A stretch of 64,000 nt of DNA from Octopus vulgaris (taxonomy: Eukaryota). The first letter of the stretch is position 1, and each line of letters opens with the position of its first letter. Below are positions 40,187 through 53,150 of the stretch, one piece after another. The stretch lies in assembly GCA_951406725.2 (NCBI GenBank), contig OX597814.1:179490001-179554000 (forward strand), given 5' to 3'. Made by a program: the position numbers and the translations under genes. The notes under the pieces are model-generated. The model was not told the DNA's origin. It ran no database searches and worked only from the letters and a program-made list of their open reading frames with translations.

Positions 40187-42507
40187 ATAATAATAATAAT
40201 AATAATAAATAATAATAATAATAATAATAACAGAGTAAGAATAAGAAGAGTAGACAGGAGGAACAAGGGAATGGTGATGGGGTTGTTGAGGATGAGGAAG
40301 AGAAACGCTATACAGTGAACCCTGATACTGTGGTGGGTGGACATGCGGGGGAAAATGAACCAACTAGATAATGAATTGCTTGAAATTCAAAGACGACTCA
40401 CCGCCTTGCTGAATGCCCCAGAAGAAAAAAATCCCCATGAATATAAGAAGGGTAAATAGGAGTATGATAAAAAAAAAGTAACACAGACTCTTCCCAAATG
40501 TATATATAAATATGTGTGCCTTTGTGCCTTTGCTTTCTTCCATTAGTGTTCGGTGTTGGTGTGTTCACGTCCCTGTAGCTTAGAGATTCAGCTAAGTGAA
40601 ACAGATAAAAAGAAAAAAAGGCACCAGGCTTTTAAAAAATAAGTACTGGGGTCGATTCATCCGGCAAAAATTTCCTGAAGGCAAAACATTAAAAGACAGA
40701 TTATAGCAATTCTTCAGCACTATTGCAAATTAGCCCCAGTACAACTCTGACTCGAAAGGTTAATGATAAAATCAATGTAGCCATGACCACCCCGTCTCAT
40801 ATTCTAATTGTACATCCAAGATCATATATATCAATATGTCCTGCTTTTTTGATGCAAGTCGTCATGAGAACTGGAATTTAATGACTGTCAATAGTTAGCT
40901 GAACGACGACATTGCTGTTCCTATGTTACAATTTCGTCAAAAATGTATCCATATACGTCACTTTAAAGTAGGATAATAATTCCGTAACTTTTTTTCGCCA
41001 GATTCATATGTTTCAGAATTGAATCTGTACATTATCAGTTGAAATTAATACTTTCGCCAGAGAATTGAGAGCTTTAATTAAATACTTTGCAACACCTGAG
41101 ACAAGCTAGAAAACTTCACAAATAAATTTCAAGTACACTATATTTCACAACCAACTGCAACTAAAATGAAACATTCGTTATACCCAGTGTAGCATACAAC
41201 AGATGAGGTGACTAGTTCAATGTGTAATTATATATCTAGAGTTAGTTTAAAATAATATTGATGTTATAATTGTAAGAAAAGTTTAAGTCAAAAAACGAAA
41301 GATAATGGTATCTATCAAATTTGGCCTCAGTGAATTCGAATAATAAATGTTCTATGCTATTTTCAATTATTAGAAGTTTTTCTGTAAGAGAGTAGATGGT
41401 TTCTAAAACATATACAAATCTCTGTCTTTGGAATGTTTTGAACTTGAGTACAATTTGGCATGTTTTTAGTGTTGTGCTTCCAGAGTGAATTTGTAATGTT
41501 CGTGTTAGCTAGTTAATGTATATGTATTTCACTGAGATTGATTTAAATTCGTAATGGAGTCCAGGCTGCTTGTTAACAAAAGACAATAAGTTTTGAGTTA
41601 CGAGAGTTCCGGAAGTTTGTAAATACGCGATTAAGTTGCCGTGTGCATATACGCCCCAGCATGTTCTGTGTGAACATGTCACTAAACTGATTCGGTCTTT
41701 GTCCGTGTATGCATGTGCATCCTTGTATTTTATATGTGTATCCTTGTAGATGTGCAAAACCCAAACGTGTGCGTATATTTATTTAAAGAATCTCAGTTGG
41801 AGAACATTTGGATTTTCTTGCAAATTTTTACTGTGCCACAGATAGATTCGGTTTCGGATATGCGCATGTTCTTTTGTTTTTTCTTCTTTTTTACTCTTCC
41901 ATAGAGAAACCTAACATTTCTAGGTTTCTGTGCAAATCTGTGGATATTTAGCCCAATGCATCTGTGACGATAGGTACAAGAAATAATATATAATCAGGGT
42001 ACAAGAGCAGTTCTGAAATAGGGTTATGTTTATTTATTCCTGAATTGTGTTCCCTCTCCTATGGAACGCTATGTGTATGTATATATGTATGTAAATATAT
42101 ATGTATGCAAATATGTACGCATGCATGTATGTATGTATGCGTGCGCAGGAGCAAGTGATGGATATTTGTTTGCATTCCAAATGGAACATTTTCTTACTGC
42201 ACTATCATATGCTTATGGGAAATATTAAGTTTTTCACAAACTTCATAAATCTTTTCAAGGAGAAAACAAAACAATCCTTCAGAGAATTGAAATGAACCTC
42301 AATGAAACACTGGCTTTAGATTCGAAGGCGAAACGCAGAGAAGATGAAACAGGGACAACTGAAGAAAGGGAATATTCCTTGTGTTGTATGTCTCGTAGTC
42401 TGCTTTTTCGTTGTTTGAAAAAACAGTTCGTTTCCATATCTTTTTTATGTTTTCGTTTTTCATTGTGTTCAACGTTTTTTTTATTTTTGGTGACCTGTAC
42501 CCATATA

Positions 42508-42549
<42 letters not shown>

Positions 42550-42607
42550 GATGTAGGTATGTACATATATGTATGTATAGATGCATATGTTTATATATTA
42601 TTTATGT

Positions 42608-42639
<32 letters not shown>

Positions 42640-42710
42640 CATACATACATACATACATACGTACATACATACATACATACGTACATACATATATGTGTAT
42701 GTATATATAT

Positions 42711-42761
<51 letters not shown>

Positions 42762-42922
42762 GTACTGGGAGAGTAAGAACGGAACGAAGCGAACGAATCG
42801 AATCGAACCCGACGCGAGAGCGCTGTCAAACACGTATATATATTTATATATGCATGTATATATACATGTAGATGTAGGTACGTACATATATGTTTGTGTG
42901 TATGTATATATTTTATTTAATA

Positions 42923-42964
<42 letters not shown>

Positions 42965-42967
<3 letters not shown>

Positions 42968-43161
42968 GGTCCCGGGTTGATTCGGGGTTAACCACAGTAA
43001 GTAAGGTACTCAATACATAGCAGAGTAAAATTAATTTATTATATAGAAGGAGTTTACAGGATAGTACTGTTTCATTCAAGAGAAATCTTCAGGATGCTTC
43101 CTGAAGATTTCTCTTGAATGAAACAGTACTAGTCCTGTAGAAGCTCCTTCTATATAATAAA
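42965..43161. ncRNA. back-to-back inverted hammerhead ribozyme pair; plus-strand copy at 43091-43148 intact
   Basis: Plus strand gcttc CTGAAGA t-ttc-tctt-gaa-t GAAACAG tactagtc CTGTA gaagc (stem I gcttc/gaagc, stem III ACAG/CTGT, GUA triplet). Arms 43035-43094 and 43099-43161 are near-perfect inverted repeats. Confidence 0.75.
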
Positions 43162-43270
43162 TAAAATATATATATATATATATATATACAGGTAGGTGCA
43201 TGTGTGTGTGTGTGCGGTTTGAATGCGCACGATAATATTCATAGATGGCTAGAAAATAAAAGTAACACAC

Positions 43271-43321
43271 TGGTCGGTGCCAGGCTAGGTATCTCCGAAG
43301 CTTGCGATACACATAAGTCAT
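43271..43321 (-). CDS. candidate first coding exon MTYVYRKLRRYLAWHRP (phase 0 donor)
   Basis: ATG in aatATGa context; donor CCA|gtgtgt (moderate); unique sequence. Phase matches the acceptor at 8551. Confidence 0.35.
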
Positions 43322-45169
43322 ATTTCAATGACAATGCTGTGAAAATTGTCCCACTTTTCAATAACTGGTCAGCAAGACAATTTGAAAAAGAGAATTTCGT
43401 AGCCTACTACACGAACGATAAGTGTTTACAACCGCTAAGGTCGACCTTGCCATAGCAACAGTAACAGCAACAGCTACCGCAGTTCCACCCTATGCAATAA
43501 ATTTTTTACTGATTAAATTGTGAGAAACAAGTGAAGTTCATTTGAAAACAATTTGAAATATATTTCAAAGCCCTCTATCTTATAAAAAAAACACTTCGAA
43601 AAATTTCACTCTATAATGCATTTGTCTGTTTCACTATGGCAAGAGTAACAAAAGAACCAATAACATAAAGAAGACACTCTACTCAGCTTTGACCTTTGTG
43701 ACCTCGTGGCAGTCCATCCTAATACTGATAGTACTACACATTCTTTACATTCCTGGTTTACAGGCACATTTCCCTCGCAGACGAACCTATCTGCCTATCA
43801 GCATCGCCATCGCCACCGCCACCATCATCATCATCATCTACTGCAGCTATTGTCACTACTAGCACTATCTCCACCGGCTAGAAAAATTCTTAACCATCGC
43901 AATCGAACAACACGTCTACTACATTACCCTTCAACCAACCCGCATCCACGACATTTATGATATTTTTTTTATAAAATCATTCTTCTCAGCAACATCCACA
44001 GATAAGTGATTGCACTAACCTCCACGCTGTCGGATGAAACGCAATTTCACAAGACTACGCTATCTCCATACAGAGAAAACAAGTTTACAATGTGGGTGTC
44101 TTTTCGTTCTTCTCTCAGGCACTAGACGCAAATTCGAGATAACACACCAATGAAAAGAGTTAACAAAAACTAATAGAAAAATTATACTAATGTGTCTTCT
44201 ATCCCCATTAAAATTAATCTCACCAAACCTGTTCCCCATCCTATGGAATTGAAACCTGTATTATCACAGTGGTACCAACATGTGCTACAGTAATGCCAAT
44301 GTGTTTTCCTTTACGCAACTCACGAAAAAGTAACATGGAAAAAAAAAGTGTAAACAATTATGACCATATCTGACAGTTACTACAAAAAAAGTCGATTGAA
44401 GAGTAGTGGATTTCTCCGAAATTTAGAATTTTCAGCCTCACACATTTGAGAAAGAGAGACACACATATTATTTATACACACACACATTTTCACATACATG
44501 GGCGGAGGTAAAGGAGTGGACCGCACCTCCTTTAGTCTTTTTTTTTTTTTTACAGAAACCCACTATTTCGAGTGGGGAGAGTCCGAATCTGCCAAATAAT
44601 CTGCTTTTAAAAATTTTAACCCTGCCACCCACTCACTAATTTCTTCATTTTTCAATTTTAGAAATTATTATTATAATTTTTTTTTTTTTTTTGTAAAATT
44701 TCAATTTTTCAAAAAAATAAATAAATAAACACCCCTCCCCTCCGCCCAATGAGAGAAAGTAAAATTAAAGTCTTTTCTCTGACAAGCTAGCAACAACAGC
44801 CAAACCGAAGATCAACTTTCTAAAAACGAATTACCAAAAAAAAGAAAAAGATGTTTTTTAATGTCATTTTGCCGCCGTGAGTGTGCGCGCAAAAAAAAAT
44901 ATATTTTTGCATACCTCTCTTAATTCCTTTTTTTTAAATTATAGTGGGGGGGATGATTTTAATTTTGAAATACAGATTCGGAATCCTCGTACTCGAATTA
45001 GTGGGCTTCTGTAGAAAAAGAAAAGGAAAAACCAAAAGGAAGTTCGGGTCGATAAAATAAGTACCACTTGAACATTGTGGCTGTTGTGCCAAAATTTGAA
45101 ACCAATTATTATTTTGCTTTCTTTATTGCTGTTATTATTTTCTCTTTATTACAGGTTTTGTTGGAGCTT

Positions 45170-45582
45170 CTGGAGTTTTGCATGCGTAGCTGGTTCACTA
45201 CCTGCAGCCTAAGGTACCATGCTAGTCGTTTTTCTCAGCTATCTAATATTTTTTCTGTTTATTCTGGCCGTGCCAAGGAGGTAAACCTTTTGTAACAGTT
45301 CTACCGGACACTCTATTCCAATTTCCTTTATATTCCTCTTGATGCCTTCTGATAATATTCCCAAGAACCCAAAAATAAGTGACACTATCTTCACCATCTT
45401 CATTTTCCATAGGCGCAGGAATGGTTGTGCGGTAAGTAGCTTGCTTACCAACCACATGGTTCCGGGTTCAGTCCCACTGCGTGACACCTTGGGCAAGTGT
45501 CTTCTACTATAGCCTCGGGCCGACCAAAGCCTTGTGAGTGGATTTGGTAGACGGAAACTGAAAGAAGACCGTCGTATATATG

Positions 45583-45617
<35 letters not shown>

Positions 45618-48600
45618 CAGTGTTTGTCCCTCTATCATTGCTTGACAACCGATGCTGGTGTGTTTATGTCCCCGTTACCTAGCGGTTCAGCAAAAGAGAC
45701 CGATAGAATAAGTACTGGGCTTACAAAAGAGTAAGTCCCAGGGTCGAGTTGCTCGATTAAAGGCGGTGCTCCAGCATGGCCGCAGTCAAATGACTGAAAC
45801 AAGTAAAAGAGTAAAGAGTCTATTTCGTACGTAAGAGGGTTGTATCCATCTATCTTTTCGCCTGCCTTCTTCACTATTCGTGGGTCCAAGGGGCATGCAA
45901 CATCAACTATATAGCATATGTGGTGCACTTTGTCCACCACCACTAGGTTCGGGCTGTTATACCCTAGCATCTGATATGTTTGGATTGGGAAATACCAGAG
46001 GATTTTGCTAATCTCCGACTCCGTCAATCTCTCCGGTTTGTGATCATACCATGACTTGCCTCTCTCTAGCCTCTACTTTTCGCACAGTTTCCATTTTAGC
46101 ACTTTCGCTACTTGGTCGTGTCACCTCGACTTGCATTGGTTTTGGACAAGTCTGGAGCATTCGTTCGTGATATGGGCAATAGTTTCACTCACTGCATTGC
46201 GAATGCGGCGCAACGGAGGCACTTGCTCATTCCTCAGGTTGACCCTCAAGTTCGGGACAAGAGTTTGGTCTTGTACTGCCAGTATAGTGCTCTTAATCTT
46301 TTTTTAGGGTTCCTTTCATCAGCCAATCCCACCTACTTTTTCCAGTAACTGTTGTGGCTACCTGAAATTGATTGCGTAGTCCCTTCTTGCATAATTCTTC
46401 TTCATCTCCTTTTAGTACCTCTTCCTTTGTTTTCCACTCTTTTTCTGCTCTCAATACTCCATCGTTCCTAACTGTCACAAGCAAGGTTTCCTTATTTTGG
46501 GCAAGGTATCTCATTAAGCTCTCGAGTTCGATACTTACGCAGTCTTCTACACTTATCAGTCCCCTTCCTACATGTGCTTTCTTCATTTATAGGCGATCAG
46601 TCACACGAGTTTATTGCCGAAATTATGTTTCTGGCATTCAGCTTTGAAACCAATACTTTTCTCACTCGCCACAGTACATTTTTTTGTCTTTTCCTTCATG
46701 TCGTGGTGTTTGATTCCATCTGCCTCAAGTATTCTCACCACTTGCAACTATATGCCCTCTGTCCTGGCAAGCTTTCCTCGCCTCAACGCCATCGTAGCAC
46801 ATTTTGAGAGTCCAAACTCCATCTTAATATCATTGGAGAAAATTCGCACAGACTGGACTAGGCTGTCCAGTTCTTCCTCAATTTTTGTGAATAACTTCAA
46901 GTCGTCGTCCATGAATAGCAGATGGTTCAGTTTTCCCTTACCTCTTCCCAGATTATACCCCAGCTGTATTTTCTGTAGTATTTCACTCAAGGTGATCATT
47001 CCTAGCACAACTATCTGTGGGGACATACTGTCCCCCTGGAAGATTCCTCTCTTGATTATCACCTCTCCTAGTATCTGCTTCCCTGGTGTCAATTCCGTAT
47101 TCCAGCATTTCATGCTATTCCATAGAAGGTTTCTCATATTTTCTGCTACTCCATACATTTCCACTGTTATTATTATCCAAGAGTGTGGTATCATATCGTA
47201 GGCTTTGCGATAGTCAACCCATATCATGCTCAGGTTTGTATGTCTTCTCTTGCATTTTCTGATAATTACATTAACAATTAAGAGCTGATCCTTCGTTCCC
47301 CGGCTCCTTTTTCAGCACCCTTTTTGTTCAGTGGGTAGCAGCTCACTTTTTTCCAAGTATTTGTACAGTTCACTAGCCAAAGCACCTGACATAAGTTTCC
47401 ACATTAGCAGAAGGTCTAAAGTTTTTGGTCTAAAGTTGGATGCAACATTTCCCTTTTCAGAATCCTTGGCACATAATGTATTTACCTTTGTCATCCAGCT
47501 GGGTACTGCGCCTTCTTGCGAGCACTCATCTAGTTGTTGTGCTATCCTTTCATAGTTCCCTCTCAGCTTATAAAATTTGACCCCCCCCCCCCCCCCATCC
47601 GGTCCTTAACTCTTCCACTTTGGGAATTTTCTTAACTTCTTTTTTTATCATTTCTGTAGTTATCTTTGTCTTCTTGGACTTCTATATTTCTTAACCTATC
47701 TTGGACTTCATGTAGCCACTACGCTTCATCATTATGTCCTACAAGATTCTTCTTCAAAATGTCTTGCTTCCCTCTGCATCTGATATCATTGTTACATGTA
47801 TTTGCCCATCTAGTTCCTGAAACAGTTTCTTCTGATTTAATTCAAACAATCTGTTTTGCCAGAATTGTCTTTTCGTATTGTCATATCTTTACAGTTTTGC
47901 TTTGATTGCTACTGCTATTTGTTTCAATTCTTCCAATATCACATCATAACCTTTATCTCTTATTCAATATGTTCTTTGCGGCATTCTTTCTTTTTTTTTT
48001 CTGCAATTCCCCTCTTCTCAATCATTCAATTTATCCTAAATATCTTTTTAACTTTGTTTCTCACAAATTCGTCTACACCATTATGGTCCTTTGCGTTCTG
48101 TTTGTTCTTTTCTTTTTTTATCCAACTCTATCTGCAGCAAGCATAGCTGCAGCTAAAATTATCTTGTTAGTTTCAACTATATTTCTCTTCTGGAATAGGC
48201 CAAGAACCGAATCTATCTTTTTGATTTCAACTTTGAGCTTGCGTCGTCCTCACTATGTCTTGTTGGTTACCATCATATTTTTGTGACATAACTCTTCCTA
48301 TTACTTCTGCTTCATTTGCTGAGAATGCATTTACATTTACACTTTGCTCTACGTCTTCACTGCCGCCTTTCATTTTTTTGTTCTCACTGGGCACGTTATC
48401 TGTTGGTGAAGTATTATTTCTATCTTCTACTTTCATTTTTATCTCTTCTATTTCTATGTCTGTTAACCACTCTTTTGCTTTTATTGCTCTTGCTGGTCGG
48501 CTAACCGTTGCTAATTTGTTTCGAAGAGTCCTATCTCATACCATTTTGCTTTCATTCGTTGTCAGAATCTCCTTCTGCTGGGTTCACTCCTGATCCATCA

Positions 48601-48960
48601 TTTAATTACCGTTCGGTTTGCCTCCTTATCCCACCTTCTTCTTTGCCTCTGGCTTTGTGTACAAACAGTCTCTGGAAGACGACCAGGTCTGCGCTGCTCA
48701 ACCACAGAGCACCTGCCGGGAGAAGGGCTTTCACCTTTGGTTCAAGCCTCATTAATACCATTATTTGATAAATTTTTATTAGACTCAACATTGAGGTATG
48801 TGTTTTAAGGTTAGCCACCAACCGGTATTTCTATCGAGATACCATCTCTAGTAAGATTGCGGAGCTCTTACTACCCATAAGTTGGGCCTGGTGCATTTCT
48901 TCCGGCTTTACATTGAATTCAAGTTCCGCCAAGGAAAACAATCACATCCCCCCACCCACC
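45170..48960 (-). mobile_element. near full-length decayed R4/Dong-like LINE (RT, CCHC, RLE)
   Basis: [64 protein letters not shown]...IVDVACPLD, LLGTARI. Many frameshifts. Interrupted by the SINE at 45412. Confidence 0.92.
45412..45819 (+). mobile_element. full-length tRNA-derived SINE with internal (TA)n(TG)n, nested in the LINE
   Basis: ggcgcaggaatggttgtgcggtaag (A box), gggttcagtccc (B box), tail gaaacaagtaaaagagtaaagag. Confidence 0.9.
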
Positions 48961-49789
48961 GAGCACTAGGGTCAGAGTAGTCGCCTCCCTCTACTAAAAA
49001 TTGATGGTCCTACCCCGAAATTAGAGATATTATCATAGTTATTATTATTTCTCCGTTTATTCCGCCGACGTCGACTTTGCCTTCTGTCCTTTCTGAATCG
49101 ATAAAATAAGTACCAGCAGAGCAATGGGATTGATGTAACTGAATTGCCCCTCCTCTCTAAATTGCTAGCCTTCAGCAAAAAATTTAAGCCATTGTTATTT
49201 ATTAATTTTTATGACGGCGTTCTGCACTTTTTACCGAGCAGGACCTCCAATCTCTTAATATAACTGCATAAACTAAACAAAAAATATGCAATACACACCC
49301 AACCATTGCAAATCTGTTCTCAAATAATAATGTTTACTTAATTTATTGGGTACAATATACATGAAAATTCCTATATTACACACCTTATTTGATTAACTAA
49401 GTTTGGTGTGAACATAGTGGCAGAATTCTGAAATGTGTTGTAATTTTATCGCTAAATTCGCAGAGCATGTTCAGAGCTAAAGCTGTTTGGGATTAATGAC
49501 TAAATTTTGATTCTTATTTATTAGTGTTGTTGTGTTGTGATTTGTATACTTTTATTATGTTCATTGAACGTTTCTTTCTAATCTGATGTAATGTTTTAAT
49601 AAATTGTTGTTGATGAAGATAATGTTGCTGTTAAAGAAGGATGGTAATAATGATAAGAAGCAGCTGGGGGTGAGTAAATATGTGTGTGCCTTCGTGTGCA
49701 TTTCCATTAGTAAATTAATAGTTAACCTAATCACAATAACTGTATTTTATACCTGCCGGAAATCTTTTATAGCAACAAGTAGTTTAATA

Positions 49790-51000
49790 GAACAACAAAA
49801 CTTGATTTATTCCTACGTCAATTGATTTTAGTTGGAAAGTAATCGCTTCCTACGCAGCCGTTGGCTACGTGGATGACATGCGGACAAGCAACCGTGAATG
49901 CATTGGTTCAATAAGCCTGACTTTCTCTCTATCACCAAATCATACTGAGATTTGAAATATACCATCGCAGCAACTAGCAACATCGCATTTGTTTTTAGTG
50001 AAGGAGAGGTATCTCTAGCGATGAGCTTAATAGTCCATAAAATGTTTATCACATTAAGATCAGTTGTATTTTTTGACAAGATGATACCCTCAAATAGCCC
50101 ATGCAACATAGCAGTATATAGTTATCACAATATATAACAGTTGTAAGAAATAACGGCAAGGAATTAGAAGACTGTCTCAATAACTTCTAATATTCATTTC
50201 AATTCTTCCTCCCTATCGAACTGAGGAAGCTTAAACATACCTTAAGCATGAAAACGGGTAGAAAACAGGTAGAAACCTAGAGCATGAGAACAGGTAGTTT
50301 GTGTATACAGTTGGGATGCGAAATGGTAGCTGAGATTCAAATCGTGTCTGTCAGCTAAAACTTTCGATTTCAGTGTGCAAATCACACATGCAACGTGTCC
50401 GTGTCCATTACAATCAATTCTCTGCCAGCCTTCCACTAAAGTGCATGATAATGCGCCTCGACTAGATGGGGCAACAATGATTGTGCTGCATTCCTGGGTG
50501 CTACAAAAATGTTTTCATTCCGTGTTTTACAGATACTTGTTAAAAGACAAGTAGATCCTAATGTTAGGGCTGTGATTTCGATTTCAACAATCGGATCAAA
50601 TTTTTCCCATCCATATACATGTTAATCTTAATGCTTCAGCATGTGCATACGGAAATCATTTACCAGCAACCATGAGTAAACCAAGAACTTTCATGAGTCA
50701 GAATCCTCAACAAGTCAACACCACGTTAATCACTAACGATACTCTAGTCAATGGAACTAGAAATTTATTGATTTTCTTAGAAGCTCTCTTCCAGATTGGG
50801 CTATATCTAATCATCATTTCTCGTCAGTTGCTATGATTGCTAAATCCTTCTGTTCAATTGATGAGGGATTGCTTTGACAAGGGTTCTGGGAAAGAAAGCG
50901 AAAGATTTATTATATTGAGTGAGATCACCTGAAATTGCATTTCCAGAAGTGTCACTTTCAATTCATCGTGGAATTTCAGGTAAAATATTCGAGTGATATA
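49790..51000 (-). mobile_element. decayed Ty3/Gypsy pol fragment (RNase H then integrase)
   Basis: IESDTSGNAISGDLTQYNKSFAFFPRTL matches the ETDAS...L.Q...VAFFSRTL RNase H motif. HPG and CxxC zinc-binding remnants and INILWTIKL integrase core follow in Gypsy order. Confidence 0.7.
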
Positions 51001-51059
51001 AAGGAAAATATTACCTAATAAAATCTTAAGTAACAGAATAGCATTTTAGTGTCTCATGT

Positions 51060-51547
51060 AAATGGATAAGCCGGATTTAGAATACAAAATGCTATTGGTT
51101 ATCTTCAAAGTAACCACAAAATCAGTGGAGAGGACTATGCTAACTTGCTGAGGCGGTTACGAAAGGCTAGCAAGACAGAGCGGTCTTGTTTCCTCAAGAC
51201 AATTCTCCAGCACACAAGTCCTTGGTTTCAATGGCTGTTGTGTGTGACTGTCTTTGAACTAGTTGATCATCTCCCCTATTCTCCTTCTTTGGCCCCATGT
51301 GACTATCATCTGTTTCCCAACAAGAAAAAAAAAATAATAATACATGGCCAGGAACCAGTGTCGCAGTCATGACTGTTTTAACCAACAGGATGAAATCTTT
51401 TTCACTAATGGGCTCCAAACACTACAACACCTATAGAAGAAGTGTTTGGACCACAAAGGGGACGGACAACGTACAAAAATATACAAGACATTCTCATCCC
51501 TTGAGAGTGTCTTGGTCAGCCTATGAACTTTCCAGCCGACACTTGTA
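51060..51547 (+). mobile_element. decayed mariner transposase 3' fragment
   Basis: FELVDHLPYSPSLAPCDYHLFP (YSPDLAP.D motif); terminal gcctatgaactttccagccgac. Confidence 0.85.
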
Positions 51548-52574
51548 ATGAGTATTTTCTTATGTTGCAGCGTAAGTAAATAAAGCTTCAACGCTCAAGT
51601 GTAGCGTATTCGTATACAATACAAATGCCTGGCTATAAGTCTTTGTCTAACGTATAATAGAATGTATCTGGAATAGAAGTATTGATAGTGAATACGTACC
51701 AGTTGTTCTGTATCTCAGTGAACTATTGGAGTCACAATTTGGGAAATTTTACGTTTGCTTTATCATTATTGCGACACGAACCCAGACACAATGGAAGTGA
51801 GTTCTGTAATGCAGGCAATGATTTTACCATTTCTCTTACGCTCTGTCAAACCTGAAAGTAAATTGTTTTATAACTTTACTGTTATACATTTAAGATAATC
51901 AAATGATTTCTAGTTCTGTACACATTAGGTAAAGAGGTGCAGTGAAATAAATTTAACTAGTTAGGTGGATTATACAGTATTTCAATATCCACAATTGAAA
52001 ATATTATTAAGAGCATTTTTATAAATTTCATGAGTATTATTATGATTTTCATTAAAAATATGAAAATATGAAAGTATTTAAATATACTGCTCAACAAAAT
52101 TTAAAATAAGAATTTAGATCAAATAGAATATTGCACAACTGGAAATTTTTGCATGTGTTAAGGTGTGTATTTAATGAATTTCATATTAATAATTTAAGAA
52201 CCAATTTCCGAAATGAAATTAATTGTATTTTGGTGATTGTCCGTTCATATTTGGATCTGTTTTTGCTCAAAAGAAATATATGATATAAAATGCATGTATG
52301 TTACCAGTGTACAAGTGACTGGGATCCGGTTTCGGCTTTCGATCAAATACGTTTTCACTGTGTAAACTTCTTACCTGTTTAAGAAAAGACAAATATTTAA
52401 GAAAACACTTTTGTTGTGTTATATATCATTTCACTATGGTGTGCAGTCGAAAAATCCAAACATACATTTATACATTAATATTCAAAAGATTGCAAATAAT
52501 AAAATAAAATTACAGTCATATGATTCTTAATTGTGTTTGGCTAAGTATGACATAACTAGTTATCAATTAATTAT

Positions 52575-53150
52575 TTCCAATTTTTTGCCACAAGGGCAGC
52601 TTGAGGGAGAGGAGGATGAGTCGATTGCATCGACCCCAGTGTTCAACCGGTACTTATTTTATTGACTCCGAAAGGATGGAAGGCAGGCAAAAATCGACCT
52701 CGGCAGAATTTGAACTCAGAACTTAGCGAAATACCTATTTCTTTACTACCCACAAGGGGCTAAACATAAAGAAAACAAACAAGGACAGTCAAACGGATTA
52801 AGTTAATTATATAGACCTCAATGCGTAACTGGTACTTATTTAATCGACCCCGAAAGGATGAAAGACAAAGTCGATCTCGGCGGAATTTGAACTCAGAACG
52901 TAGCGGCAGACGAAATACCTATTTCTTTACTACCCACGAGGGGCTACACACAGAGGACACAAACAAGGACGGACAGACGGATTAAGTCGATTATATCGAC
53001 CCCAATGCGTAACTGGTACTTAATTTATCGACCCCGAAAGGATGAAAGGCAAGCTCGACCTCGGCAGAATTTGAACTCAGGACGTAACGGCAGACGAAAT
53101 AGCGCTAAGCATTTCGCCCGGTATTCTAACGTTTCTGCTAGCTCGCCGCC
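52575..53150 (-). mobile_element. head-to-tail tandem array of a tRNA-derived SINE (184-bp period)
   Basis: gaaata recurs at 52728, 52912 and 53096; only the unit ending at 53150 carries the head ggcggcgagc. Confidence 0.9.

Noticed and set aside
48860-48990. HDV-like ribozyme at the 5' end of the R4/Dong-like LINE
   Set aside because: I could not assemble the P1-P4 nested pseudoknot by eye; a descriptor search would be needed.
49828-50109. Cadherin-like (ARDTSPSL) or serpin-like (AMVYFKS) reading of this ORF
   Set aside because: Upstream RNase H and zinc-binding remnants in Gypsy order explain it better as integrase.
50370-50480. Plus-strand CANHTCN...STRW resembling hAT transposase motifs
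   Set aside because: The spacing is too short, and the minus strand carries the Gypsy pol signal.
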